Of a DNA stretch of 11,262 bases, positions 1 through 8,590 are shown in pieces. The notes beneath the pieces were generated by a model. The model had not been told where the DNA came from, did not search any database, and was given only the letters and a program-made list of their open reading frames with translations. How positions within the stretch are numbered: position 1 is the first letter of the stretch; each line of letters begins with the position of its first letter. Both the position numbers and the translations under genes were made by a program. This stretch comes from Octopus sinensis (taxonomy: Eukaryota): assembly GCF_006345805.1 (NCBI RefSeq), contig NW_021827031.1, forward strand, positions 1-11,262. The letters run 5' to 3'.

Positions 1-577
1 GATTTTCCTTTGGCCACAAATTCAGGAAAATACTATTGAACAATGAGTAGTGGTTATTGACTTTACGAAAACTTTCGACAATGTAGCAAGACAGGATTAT
101 GGACCCTACTGCAGACAAGTTCGTAGAGCTAACCAGACAATTCTACAAGGGGGTGGTTGTCACGTTCTCTCTAGGAAGTAACAACCCAACTTCATTTCCG
201 GTTTCAAATTAGATAAATGAGGGCTCCAATACTTTTCTATTTTTTAAACAATATTTTCGGCTGTTTTTCTTCTAAGCATGCTACGCCAGATAAGCAATAA
301 AGTGTATATCCATATAAGATTTGATGGTATGTTTTTGAATCTACTGAGAAGTGCATGTTAAGACTATTTACAAATAACACTTCACTGATAACTCTGCCTT
401 GACAGTGATTCCACGCAAGATTTTCAGAAGAAAACTCTCTATTTTGAATAAGTTGCTACAGCTCTTGGTCGCTCGATTATTATACAAATGACTGATATCA
501 TGTCAGGCAGCAGCATCTGCAATATCGGTAATTGGAACCAACAACCGTTACTTTCTTCGCTTGATGAAGTCTGTGTC

Positions 578-801
578 TACGACTGAGTGCTGAAAAGTTC
601 CTGGCTATGAGTAAAAGAAACAACAGGAGGATCAGTTAATTATGATTTTACGCAACATATTCTCCTCTCAGATTCACACGCTTATTGCAGCGGTTCTTCA
701 GTTTTTCTAAGTCCTGTAACAGAACTTGGAGGAGGGTTGGGCCCCTGACCAGGCCTTTCCCAATACTCACAAAGCCAGTAACTTTTCAGCACTTCCTTAT
801 A
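578..801 (-). mobile_element. Mariner-derived MITE, copy 1
   Basis: Imperfect TIRs TA-CGACTGAGTGCTGAAAAGTTCCTGGCT (from 578) and AGCCAGTAACTTTTCAGCACTTCCTTA-TA (to 801), with TA at both ends. Minus strand 710-648 reads LEKLKNRCNKRVNLRGEYVA*, resembling the mariner transposase C-terminus. Confidence 0.85.
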
Positions 802-806
802 ATACA

Positions 807-1009
807 TACGAGGAGTTCCTGAAAACTTGTGGATTTAGCAAAGCAACAACAGGAGGATCAGTAATTATGATTATTCAACATATTCTCCTCTCAGATTCAC
901 ACACTTACAGCAGCAGTCCTTCAGTTTTGTGTAAGCTCTGTAAAAGAAGTCAGAACTCAGGACTTTCGCGATAGCCTTAGGACCAGGAACTTTTCAGTAC
1001 CCCATCGCA
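807..1009 (-). mobile_element. Mariner-derived MITE, copy 2 (same family, same orientation)
   Basis: TIRs TA-CGAGGAGTTCCTGAAAAC and CCAGGAACTTTTCAGTACCCCATCG-CA. Internal sequence is shared with copy 1 (ACAGGAGGATCAGT..., CAACATATTCTCCTCTCAGATTCACAC). Minus strand 930-871 ends KCVNLRGEYVE*. Confidence 0.85.
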
Positions 1010-1182
1010 TTTGGGCGGCACCATTCTTGGTGACAACTTTGAAGCAGATGAGAGTTGTTAACCCACCCCAATCAGATGCGATCGTTTTCGGTGTATGTGG
1101 GTGGCGTGTGTGGGGTGGGGAGATTAATTTCTGCATCTTCTATCTTACATTATAAATTATCTTGGGAAAAGTATTGACGCAC

Positions 1183-1244
1183 CACACACACAAAACCACA
1201 CGCACATGCACATTCACACACACACATATATATTTAAATATATG

Positions 1245-1316
<72 letters not shown>

Positions 1317-1412
1317 CATACATACATACATACATACACTACATACATACATACAACATACATAATACATACATACATACATGCACATATATATACACAC
1401 AATACATATATA
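1183..1412. repeat. Compound microsatellite (CA)n/(TA)n/(CATA)n
   Basis: Directly visible, with a pure (TA)n run at about 1248-1310. Confidence 0.95.
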
Positions 1413-1653
1413 TCAGTAAATGAATATATGTAAAAAATTAGTACATAGTGTATACTTATCGACCATGATGATTCAGCATTCGGCTTCATGATGAAAGACG
1501 TTACAGACATGACCATCATATATAATACATATGGATATGTTTTCTTACGAGTACAAAACAAATATATAAGCCTATGTATGTTTCTTGTATCTTGAAAGTT
1601 TACGGATATTAAGAATGAGTCCAGATATGTGTATTTTCTTTAATTAATTATGC

Positions 1654-1676
1654 ATATATATATATATATGTGTGTA

Positions 1677-1707
<31 letters not shown>

Positions 1708-1797
1708 GTGTGTGTGTGTGTGTGACTATATATATATATACACATATATACATATAAAGGCCGATAGATAGATACATAGATAGACAGGCAGACAGAC

Positions 1798-1867
<70 letters not shown>

Positions 1868-1890
1868 CTAGATAGATAGATAGATAGATA
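1654..1890. repeat. Compound microsatellite (TA)n/(TG)n followed by (GATA)n/(GACA)n at about 1763-1890
   Basis: Directly visible. The GATA array abuts the 3' end of the LINE at 1891. Confidence 0.95.
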
Positions 1891-3010
1891 TGTTTCTTTA
1901 TTAGCGACACCGGGCTGAACACAGAGGGGACAAATTACAAAGTAGAGCTTTTCTTTTTGAGGAGAAAAAAAAGGTAAAAGAAAAAAAGGGGGTAGGTTTT
2001 CGATCGTTAAAAAGAAAGAAAAAAAACAATCAATTGGGATCGTGTATCACAGAAATGTCATGATATAAAGTGTAAAGGGGGAAAAAGATAGGGTTTATCT
2101 GTGAAAAGAAAAGCCTACGGAAAAGACCACGGTAACCTCGGTCAATGAAGTCACATGTTAACATTTATTTGCAACTGATTAACTGTTTAAAATTTTTCCG
2201 GGTTCATAGGATTATGCTCAAGGTGGCTTCGTCATTCATACGTGCCATCCTTGCTACATTCACCCATCTTTTTTTTGAAACATTCGCTAGACAAAACTTG
2301 CCTCTCTACTCTCACTTTCCTTTTCAAGTGGTACTTGAAGAAGTTGATGAGAGATTGACCAGAGAGGAAATTGTTTTGTCTCCAATCCTTTCAGACGCGT
2401 CCACCAGATACATTCTTTCGCCATAGCCACAAGGATGATGAAAATAGCTCTTCCTTCCCGTTTGAAGGAAGGAGGCGTGACAATATTGACGATAGACTCG
2501 ACTGATAAACCGACTCGTCCCACACGTGACAGCAGTTGTTCGACATAAGCCCACAGGTCGGAAATTGTTGGACACTGCACGAGTGCGTGCAGAACGGTTT
2601 CGTCGCTCTGACCGCATCTCGGGAAGGTCGGCCCCGTGTTTCTCGAGCCGTGTCTGTAGAGCTTATCCCGAACGGGTAGCGCTTCTCGGTAGCACTGCCA
2701 GGCCAGGGATCTCTGGAAGTTGTCCATAGGTCCCGGCCCGAAAGTCGTCTCAAACTGGCGGGTCAGGTATTCCTCGTCGACGTCCAGGTTCGCCCCGAAC
2801 TCGTCGTCGTACCTTCCCTCCACTAATCCCCTATAGAATGCTTTGGTTGTGATGAAGTCACTCAAGGTCGACCCGGGACGGCAGAGTTGCTTGAGAGCAA
2901 TGCGACGCTCGCGGTGCCATTCGCCCTTCCTCGGCCTCTTTTTGATCCACGACTGCAGTTCGGTCATGGAGACGAGCTGCAGGAAAGCGTGCCTCACAAA
3001 TGGCGGCCAC
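1891..3010 (-). mobile_element. 5'-truncated Tx1/L1-clade non-LTR retrotransposon (ORF2 C-terminus plus 3' UTR), copy 1
   Basis: GC-rich block encoding a zf-RVT-like domain, followed by a pyrimidine-rich 3' UTR with AATAAA (TTTATT at 1897-1902). The 3' UTR is homologous to 4311-4550. (GATA)n flanks both ends. Confidence 0.85.
2204..3009 (-). pseudogene. ORF2 C-terminal fragment with zinc-binding zf-RVT domain (CX2CX8HX4C, first Cys replaced by Phe)
   Basis: ORF 2287..2997 contains LAWQCYREALPVRDKL...TFPRCGQSDETVLHALVQCPTISDLW. Removing one base from each of two homopolymer runs (2374-2377 and 2269-2276) restores ...FFKYHLKRKVRVERQVLSSECFKKRWVNVARM...SIIL*, with the stop at 2204-2206. Confidence 0.8.
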
Positions 3011-3057
<47 letters not shown>

Positions 3058-3073
3058 CAGACATGGATGGATG
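3011..3073. repeat. (GATA)n microsatellite grading into GACA/GGAT units
   Basis: Directly visible. It abuts the 5' truncation point of the LINE. Confidence 0.95.
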
Positions 3074-3082
3074 GCTGAAGTA

Positions 3083-3190
3083 AAACTAATAATTTCAAAT
3101 TTTATTGTATTTTGTGTTAATTTTCGTATTATTTATAAAAATAACACGAAAATTAACACAAAATACAATAAAATTTGAAATTATTAGTTT
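3083..3190. repeat. 108-bp AT-rich palindrome (52-bp arms, one mismatch, 4-nt centre)
   Basis: 3083-3134 is the reverse complement of 3139-3190 except for the 3128/3145 pair. The centre is ATAA (3135-3138). Confidence 0.95.
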
Positions 3191-3245
3191 CAAACTGAAA
3201 CAGAGGATAGAAATATGTTAACGTATCGGATATCAGCTCTTTATT

Positions 3246-3306
3246 GTGTGTGTGTGTGTGTGTGTGCGAGTAAGTGAGTGAGTTTGTGATGTGAGTGAGA
3301 GTGTGT
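3246..3306. repeat. (TG)n/(TGAG)n microsatellite
   Basis: Directly visible. Confidence 0.9.
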
Positions 3307-4106
3307 TTGATACATTGAGTGTAATTGATACATTGAGATACATCTTAATCAGAACTATATTACGGCGCAACACAGACTAGATTTACAGCCCACCTCCCCA
3401 ACAAAATCAAAACATTATGAAATGGGGATTTAGCAGAATCAAAGGCAAAAGAAAAAATAAATGAAAATATAAAAAATAAGATAAATTGTACTTTAAGGCT
3501 CATTTTTGAAGTATAATAATTTGAGAAATATACCAACAGCTCGGTTTATAACTGACGCTGAACACGTTGGAAGAGTTCTGGTTATGCTAGCCATACATGT
3601 TACCTATTTGAAGTGTGATTCCACATAATTTGTATTTTTGTTGTCGTAAATATATAGACTTGAGTTTCTGGTTAACGATGGTCATGCTTTTTGTGCTTTG
3701 AGGAATGTAGACAGATTCCAGAAACATGACATAAGGAATTGTCACCCGTTATAATATGCATTAACATGTACCTCCTTGCGACAACGCAAACTTTCATTTA
3801 ATCAAGATATCCTTGGCCTGAAGATTAGCCTGCGCTATACACTTTACTTGGATATTTACAACTTCTGAGGTAATATATGAAATATATGTAGCCCAGATCT
3901 TATTTACTCCATTCTTTATCTCTTGTATTGTTATTCGCCTACCCTGAAATATAAAAGAAGTTTTTTCAATTTATCCTACTTAGATAAAAAAAAAAAAAAA
4001 TCCACACCTTTCCGTCCCAATAAACAACTATTGACCCTGAAAGTTGTGTTATATATTTACAACCGATTAATTGAACCTAGCTTTCTTCCTATATCTCGAT
4101 TCTTGG

Positions 4107-4119
4107 ATCTATCTATCTG

Positions 4120-4185
<66 letters not shown>

Positions 4186-4226
4186 CATCCATCCATCTAT
4201 CCATCCATCCATCCATCCATCCATCC

Positions 4227-4310
<84 letters not shown>
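4107..4310. repeat. (TATC)n with an internal (CATC)n block
   Basis: Directly visible. It abuts the 5' end of LINE copy 2. Confidence 0.95.
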
Positions 4311-4550
4311 GTCCTCCCCTTTACACTTCATATTGACATTTCTGTGATAACGATCCCTATTGATCAATTTTTTTTCTTCCTCTCCCCCTTTTTTTTAACC
4401 CCCCCTTTTTTTTGTCCTCTTTCTCTCCTTTTACGATCCCTTTTGATCAAAACTCCCCCTTCTTTTTTTTTTTTTAAACCTTCAAAAGAAAAGCTCTACC
4501 TTGTAATTTGTTCTATCTGTGTGCAGCCCTGTGTGGCTAATAAAGAAACA
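4311..4550 (+). mobile_element. Heavily 5'-truncated copy 2 (3' UTR only) of the same Tx1/L1-clade element
   Basis: Matches the reverse complement of 1891-2081 (CCCCTTTACACTT, TGACATTTCTGTGATA, AAAAGAAAAGCTCTAC.TTGTAATTTGT, GCTAATAAAGAAACA). Followed by TATC/TGTC units at 4551-4574. Confidence 0.85.
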
Positions 4551-4994
4551 TATCTGTCTATCTATCTGTCTATCCCGTGACTGATTTTCTATTCTCTGCC
4601 CCTTCACCACTGGACGCCTAACATGCTGGTCAACTTTTTCTCCTCTCTTACAAATTTTTTATATCCATTTGACGATTTCTTCCAATCGTTCACCGTCAAA
4701 GTCGTGTTTGGCCGAAAGGCTTTATTCATTGCCTTCGTCAATCGTTTCAAATTATATTTGTTTACTTTCGTTCGTCCACCCTGTATTATTTTGCTTGCTT
4801 TAGCCCTAATTCTACGCAAATCTTGCGGGTACGCCGATATACAAAGTCCCCAGTCTTATCGTAAAAGGCAACGAAACTGGGTATTAGTATATTTTGTCAA
4901 TAACTGAGGAAGGATTAGTGTCCTGGTGTCTGTCTACGTGTATGTTTTGCAGTATTTAATGCATTTTACAATTATAGAATAACGTATCCCGACT

Positions 4995-5026
<32 letters not shown>

Positions 5027-5057
5027 TAATATATATATATATACATATCTATATATA
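4995..5057. repeat. (TA)n microsatellite
   Basis: Directly visible. Confidence 0.9.
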
Positions 5058-5201
5058 AAGAGGAATATTGTTGACAGTGATTTCGAAGTTTCAGTCAGCT
5101 AACCCATAGTCGGACCAATGGCTTAACTGGCATCAGACGGTGGGTTTTAGCTGGCCGAAACTTCGATGTCACTGTCAGCAATAGTCTTGTTTAAGAATAA
5201 A
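5056..5201. mobile_element. Imperfect inverted repeat, probably inverted pseudo-LTR remnants of a Penelope-like element with degenerate hammerhead motifs
   Basis: Arms 5066-5111 and 5136-5183 are reverse-complementary. The plus arm has CAGACGG..GAAAC-TTCGAT-GTC, followed by AATAAA at 5196-5201. The hairpin is seen directly; the Penelope assignment is inference. Confidence 0.5.
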
Positions 5202-5347
5202 TTTGTATTGTACATTAATTTGAATCCCCCCTCCCCAGAGTAACGTAAAATTGCTTTTATTATAAACTAAGCATTAAACATAAAAACAAACATTTATAAA
5301 TACATACATATTTGGCAAGGAAAAATAGGACCATCACGAAAATAACA

Positions 5348-5360
5348 ATGTATATGTATA

Positions 5361-5396
<36 letters not shown>

Positions 5397-5674
5397 TGTA
5401 TGTATGTATGTATGTATATATGTATGTATGTATGTATGTATATATGTATGTGTGTGTATGTATGTATGTATGTATGTATTTATGTATATATGTATGTATA
5501 TATAATATATACATATATACACATATATATATATATATACACACACATGCACATGTGTATATACAAGCACACACCTCCGGATGTGTGTGTTTGCGTGCGC
5601 GCGTGTGTGTATGCATGTGTGTAGACATAGACATATTTACATACATCTATTCGTACATACACACACACACACAC
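5348..5674. repeat. Compound microsatellite (TATG)n/(TA)n/(CA)n/(TG)n
   Basis: Directly visible. It accounts for the five low-complexity ORFs here. Confidence 0.95.
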
Positions 5675-6264
5675 GTAAGGACTATCAAAGGTAGAACTAA
5701 GTAGTTATGGTGAATTGAGTAGAGTTATCGATAAATAATAAATAATATTTTAGACAAGATGTTTTTTAATTATATACCTTTCTTCTTTTTTTTTAAATAT
5801 TACACAGCCTGCTGTTGGTCTTAATTTTACTTTAATCTTAATATTCTCATCGAAAGCAAACTCCTCTTTAATTGAATAATGCAACTCTTTAATATATTAC
5901 AAATTGCTTCTAGTAACAACTGGTATATATTATAAACATGCATTTTATTGATTTACAACCAACATGTAATAAGACAACGTTTCGTTTTCAAATATGCACG
6001 ATTTATTTTTATTTACTTTTTCATACTACTTACAAAGAATTTTAATCTTTGCACGAAAACCAAAAGATACTATTCTACGAAATATATTGAATTCCAAGCT
6101 GCTGGCGTTTTATTGAAATTTTTCTTTTTTCTTTTCTTTTTTTTTTTCATAAGTATACATCTATACATGTATATTCCACTAAACATAGTTTCCTGTGTTA
6201 TCTTGTTTGAAGTAATATATGTCACGACTATCATAGTACCGAATACCCATGTATCCAAGTTGTA

Positions 6265-6595
6265 CTCATCGTCATCTTCGTCGTCGTCGTCGTCGCCGTC
6301 ATATATCGTACGCCTGCATCGCGTACGATGACACTGTAACAAAAGTCTCCCCCAATTAGCGAGAATTTTCCAGCTGCCTTGTTACTCTTGTCTAACCAAC
6401 TCTTCATATTGTCCATCCATTGCGTTCTCTGCCTGGCGATTGAACTTCTACCCTCTGCTATTCCTTCCATGATAATATTTTCCAGACTTCTGCTTCTTCG
6501 AATATGGCCGTAAATAAATGAGATTTTTTTGTCTTTGTTTTTTTTCTCTCACAAAGTTGTTGTTTTTCGCCTACCCATTCGTTTGTGCAATGATT
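6265..6595 (-). mobile_element. 3' end of an RTE-clade LINE with a (GAC/GAT)n tail
   Basis: Minus strand reads YGHIRRSRSLENIIMEGIAEGRSSIARQRTQWMDNMKSW, matching the RTE C-terminal pattern YFGHI.R..SLEK.IM.G..EG.R.RGR.R..W.DNI..W. It ends in a trinucleotide tail at about 6265-6300. The 5' boundary is approximate. Confidence 0.85.
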
Positions 6596-6699
6596 CTTGA
6601 CAAGGCGTTCGTACAAAAAAATTGTACCCATTCTTTGTCAAATTATGCTTCCATCTTGTAGATCTTCATTCAGGGTTCAAATTTTAGAAAATATTTGTT

Positions 6700-6907
6700 G
6701 CAAATATTGGTACAAGTCCAGCAAATTTGGTGGTGGTGGTGGGGTTGTCGATTATATCGACCCCAGTGCTCAACTGGTGCTTGTTTTATCGACCCCGTAT
6801 GGATACAAGGTAAAATCGACCCCGGTGGCATTTGAACTTAGAACATAAAGAGGAACAAAATAGCGTTAAGCGTTTTTGCCCGGCGCAATAACGACTCGGC
6901 CAGCTCG
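6700..6907 (-). mobile_element. tRNA-derived SINE, octopus-type family A, diverged copy
   Basis: The reverse complement aligns by eye with 7754-7949 and 8339-8555: GAGCTGG head, B-box-like GTTCAAAT, GGGGTCGATAAA..A.CAGTTG..CTGGGGTCGAT body. Confidence 0.85.
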
Positions 6908-7065
6908 GAAACACAACCTCATACTTATTTAAATTTGCAGACAGAATAACTTCAAACTGTAATCTTTATATTGATGCTGCTTCTTTTGTTTTATTTGTAA
7001 ATGGAATTAATAAACGCGGTAATGAATTTAATTGATTCCTTTTGTATCTAGCGTTTTAATATATT

Positions 7066-7230
7066 TATAGGTATGGCTGTGTAAGGTATTTTTTGTATCC
7101 ACGTGGCTTTGGGTTCAGTTGCCATGCGTAATACCATGGACAAATGTCTTCTGCTATAGCCCCGGTCCAGCCAATGCTTTGCGAATGAATGTAGTTGAAG
7201 GAGACTGTGTAGAAGCCTGTTATGTATGTA
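7066..7230 (+). mobile_element. tRNA-derived SINE, family B (CORE-like, resembling octopus OR-type SINEs), diverged
   Basis: TGGCTGTGT A-box-like motif, GGGTTCAGT B-box-like motif, ACCATGGACAAATGTCTTCTGCTATAGCC CORE-like segment, ending AGAAGCCTGT plus a TATG tail. The family name comes from recognition, not a search. Confidence 0.7.
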
Positions 7231-7753
7231 TCGATCTATATCTATATCTATTTACCTTTCTTTCTATATCTGTCTATCTATCACACACACACATACACAT
7301 TTTAAAACTTTAGGTGCTTTTAAAGATAATTCGCTTAGCGAATAATCAAAACCGTCTTAAGTGTTCTCTTGAAGATTAAGCATAAACGAAAAAGTTACCA
7401 TGTCTTTAATTATCTTTGGATATTAGATTCTCAAAAATTTTGATACATAAAAGCTACTCCGCAATATTTCTCGCAAAACAGTAATTCGCGTCGGTTTAAT
7501 TGTTTTTGTTTCACAAACGATTAACTTGTTTTTTCTTGTTTCATATGAAAGATACCCCATTGAGTTTATTTTTCGAATTTTTTCATATTAATATTGTATA
7601 AATATTTCTTACAGAACAAAATTTGTGGTACCATTCTTTTTAAAAATGGCAGATATTTTTATCTGAATGATGTTATAGATTTTACTTTCCTATAATTAAA
7701 ATGAATTTATTTTAACTGAATAAATCATCTTTATATTTTCATTATTATACTTA

Positions 7754-7949
7754 GGGTCGAGATGGCCGGGCGAAATGCTTAGCAGTATTTCATCTGCTTT
7801 TACGTTCTGAGTTCAAATTCCACCGAAGTCGACTTTACCTTTCATCCTTTCGGGGTCGATAAATTAGGTATCAGTTGCGTACTGGGATCGATCTAATCGA
7901 CTGGTCCCCTTCCCAAAAATTTCGGGCCTTGTGCCTAGAGTAGAAAAGA
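7754..7949 (+). mobile_element. tRNA-derived SINE, family A, well-preserved copy with a short deletion in the head
   Basis: CCGGGCGAAATGCTTAGC...TTCTGAGTTCAAATTCC...CTTTCATCCTTTCGGGGTCGATAAATTA...GGGCCTTGTGCCTAGAGTAGAAAAGA, homologous to the three other copies in the window. Confidence 0.9.
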
Positions 7950-8118
7950 CTATGGTCATATTTAAAAATTAAACAGGCCCTATTTGTTCTTCACTACATG
8001 GTTTCACAACAAGATTGCAAAACAAATAACATAAAGATATTTTTATTATTTATAAAACTCGACAGGGGTTACCAAGTGGCCCAAGAGCTGAGAGCTTCTA
8101 GCATTTGCACTTTCATAT

Positions 8119-8200
8119 GCGGAATTCGAACTCAGAACGTAAAGGAAGACGAAATGCCGCTAAGCGCTTTATCCGACGTGCTAACTAACCGCCTCCTGCC
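8119..8200 (-). mobile_element. SINE family A, head only
   Basis: Reverse complement is GTTAGCACGTCGGATAAAGCGCTTAGCGGCATTTCGTC..TTACGTTCTGAGTTCGAATTCCGC, with an intact B-box-like GAGTTCGAATTCC. Confidence 0.8.
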
Positions 8201-8206
8201 GATCAT

Positions 8207-8330
8207 CAATAATATAATATAATAGTGATATTAATATAATGTAATATATGATATAACATCGTACGATATAATATAATATGATATAATATGATACGATATG
8301 ATATATGATATATGATATATGATATATGAT
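8207..8330. repeat. Degenerate pentanucleotide array (ATATA/ATATG/ATACG)n grading into (ATATATG)n
   Basis: Directly visible. Confidence 0.85.
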
Positions 8331-8338
8331 ACACATAA

Positions 8339-8555
8339 GACGGCAAGCTGACCGAATTGTTAGCAGGCTGGACAAAGTGCTTAGTGGCATTTCGTTTGTG
8401 TATAAGGTTCTGAGTTCAAATTCCGCTGAGCTTCACTTTACTTTTCATCCCTTTATGATCGATAAAATAACAACAGGCTTAAGCACTTGGGTCGATACAA
8501 CCGTCTTATTCCTACTCCGAAATTGTTGACCTTGTGTCAAAATTTGAAACCAATA
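8339..8555 (+). mobile_element. tRNA-derived SINE, family A, full-length diverged copy
   Basis: CGGCAAGCTGACCGAATTGTTAGC head, TTCTGAGTTCAAATTCCGC, CTTTTCATCCC..TCGATAAAAT, CCTTGTGTCAAAATTTGAAACCAATA end. Confidence 0.85.
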
Positions 8556-8590
8556 TAATATACATATATATATGTAAATATTATATATAA

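Larger units (their letters stand above)
2..1180 (+). mobile_element. Decayed RTE-clade non-LTR retrotransposon, reverse transcriptase region, interrupted by MITEs at 578-1009
   Basis: Manual translation across stops and frameshifts gives RT motifs in the expected order: IF..QIQE..IEQ*..VIDFTKTFDNV (2-85; cf. FIDLTKAFDTV), SFPVSN*INEG (cf. FPV.NGVKQG), VYIHIRFDG.FLNL (cf. GVYIRYRTDG.LFNL), FTDNSAL (cf. LFADDCAL), ATALGRSI..QMTDIM, then YLGGTI and IVFG....RVW after the insertion. Right boundary is approximate. Confidence 0.85.

Noticed and set aside
726-974. 82-aa plus-strand ORF
   Set aside because: It spans the junction of two MITEs, antisense to their transposase remnant.
578-1009. Repeated CTGAAAAGTT/AACTTTTCAG motifs as a CRISPR-like array
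   Set aside because: The motifs alternate in orientation and are MITE TIRs. The context is eukaryotic with no cas genes.
1450-1600. Short open frame and an ATGATGA...GAAA hammerhead-like spacing
   Set aside because: There is no recognisable protein motif, no CUGA core and no convincing stems.
1140-1922. ORFs rich in YI/MYVC/IYLS/HT repeats
   Set aside because: They are translations of (TA)n, (CATA)n, (GATA)n and (TG)n microsatellites that lack stops in some frames.
1891-4550. One large DNA transposon with about 200-bp TIRs
   Set aside because: The arms are LINE 3' UTRs with AATAAA, diverged and unequal in length, and one continues into an ORF2. Two separate insertions fit better.
3923-4580. 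137-aa and 169-aa ORFs
   Set aside because: They read through the (TATC)n array and the pyrimidine-rich LINE 3' UTR, and have no protein-like content.
5260-5704. Five overlapping ORFs
   Set aside because: All are microsatellite artefacts.
7805-7825. GAGTTCAAATTCC as part of a tRNA gene
   Set aside because: It is the B-box of a SINE head, repeated in four copies, and no complete cloverleaf is evident.
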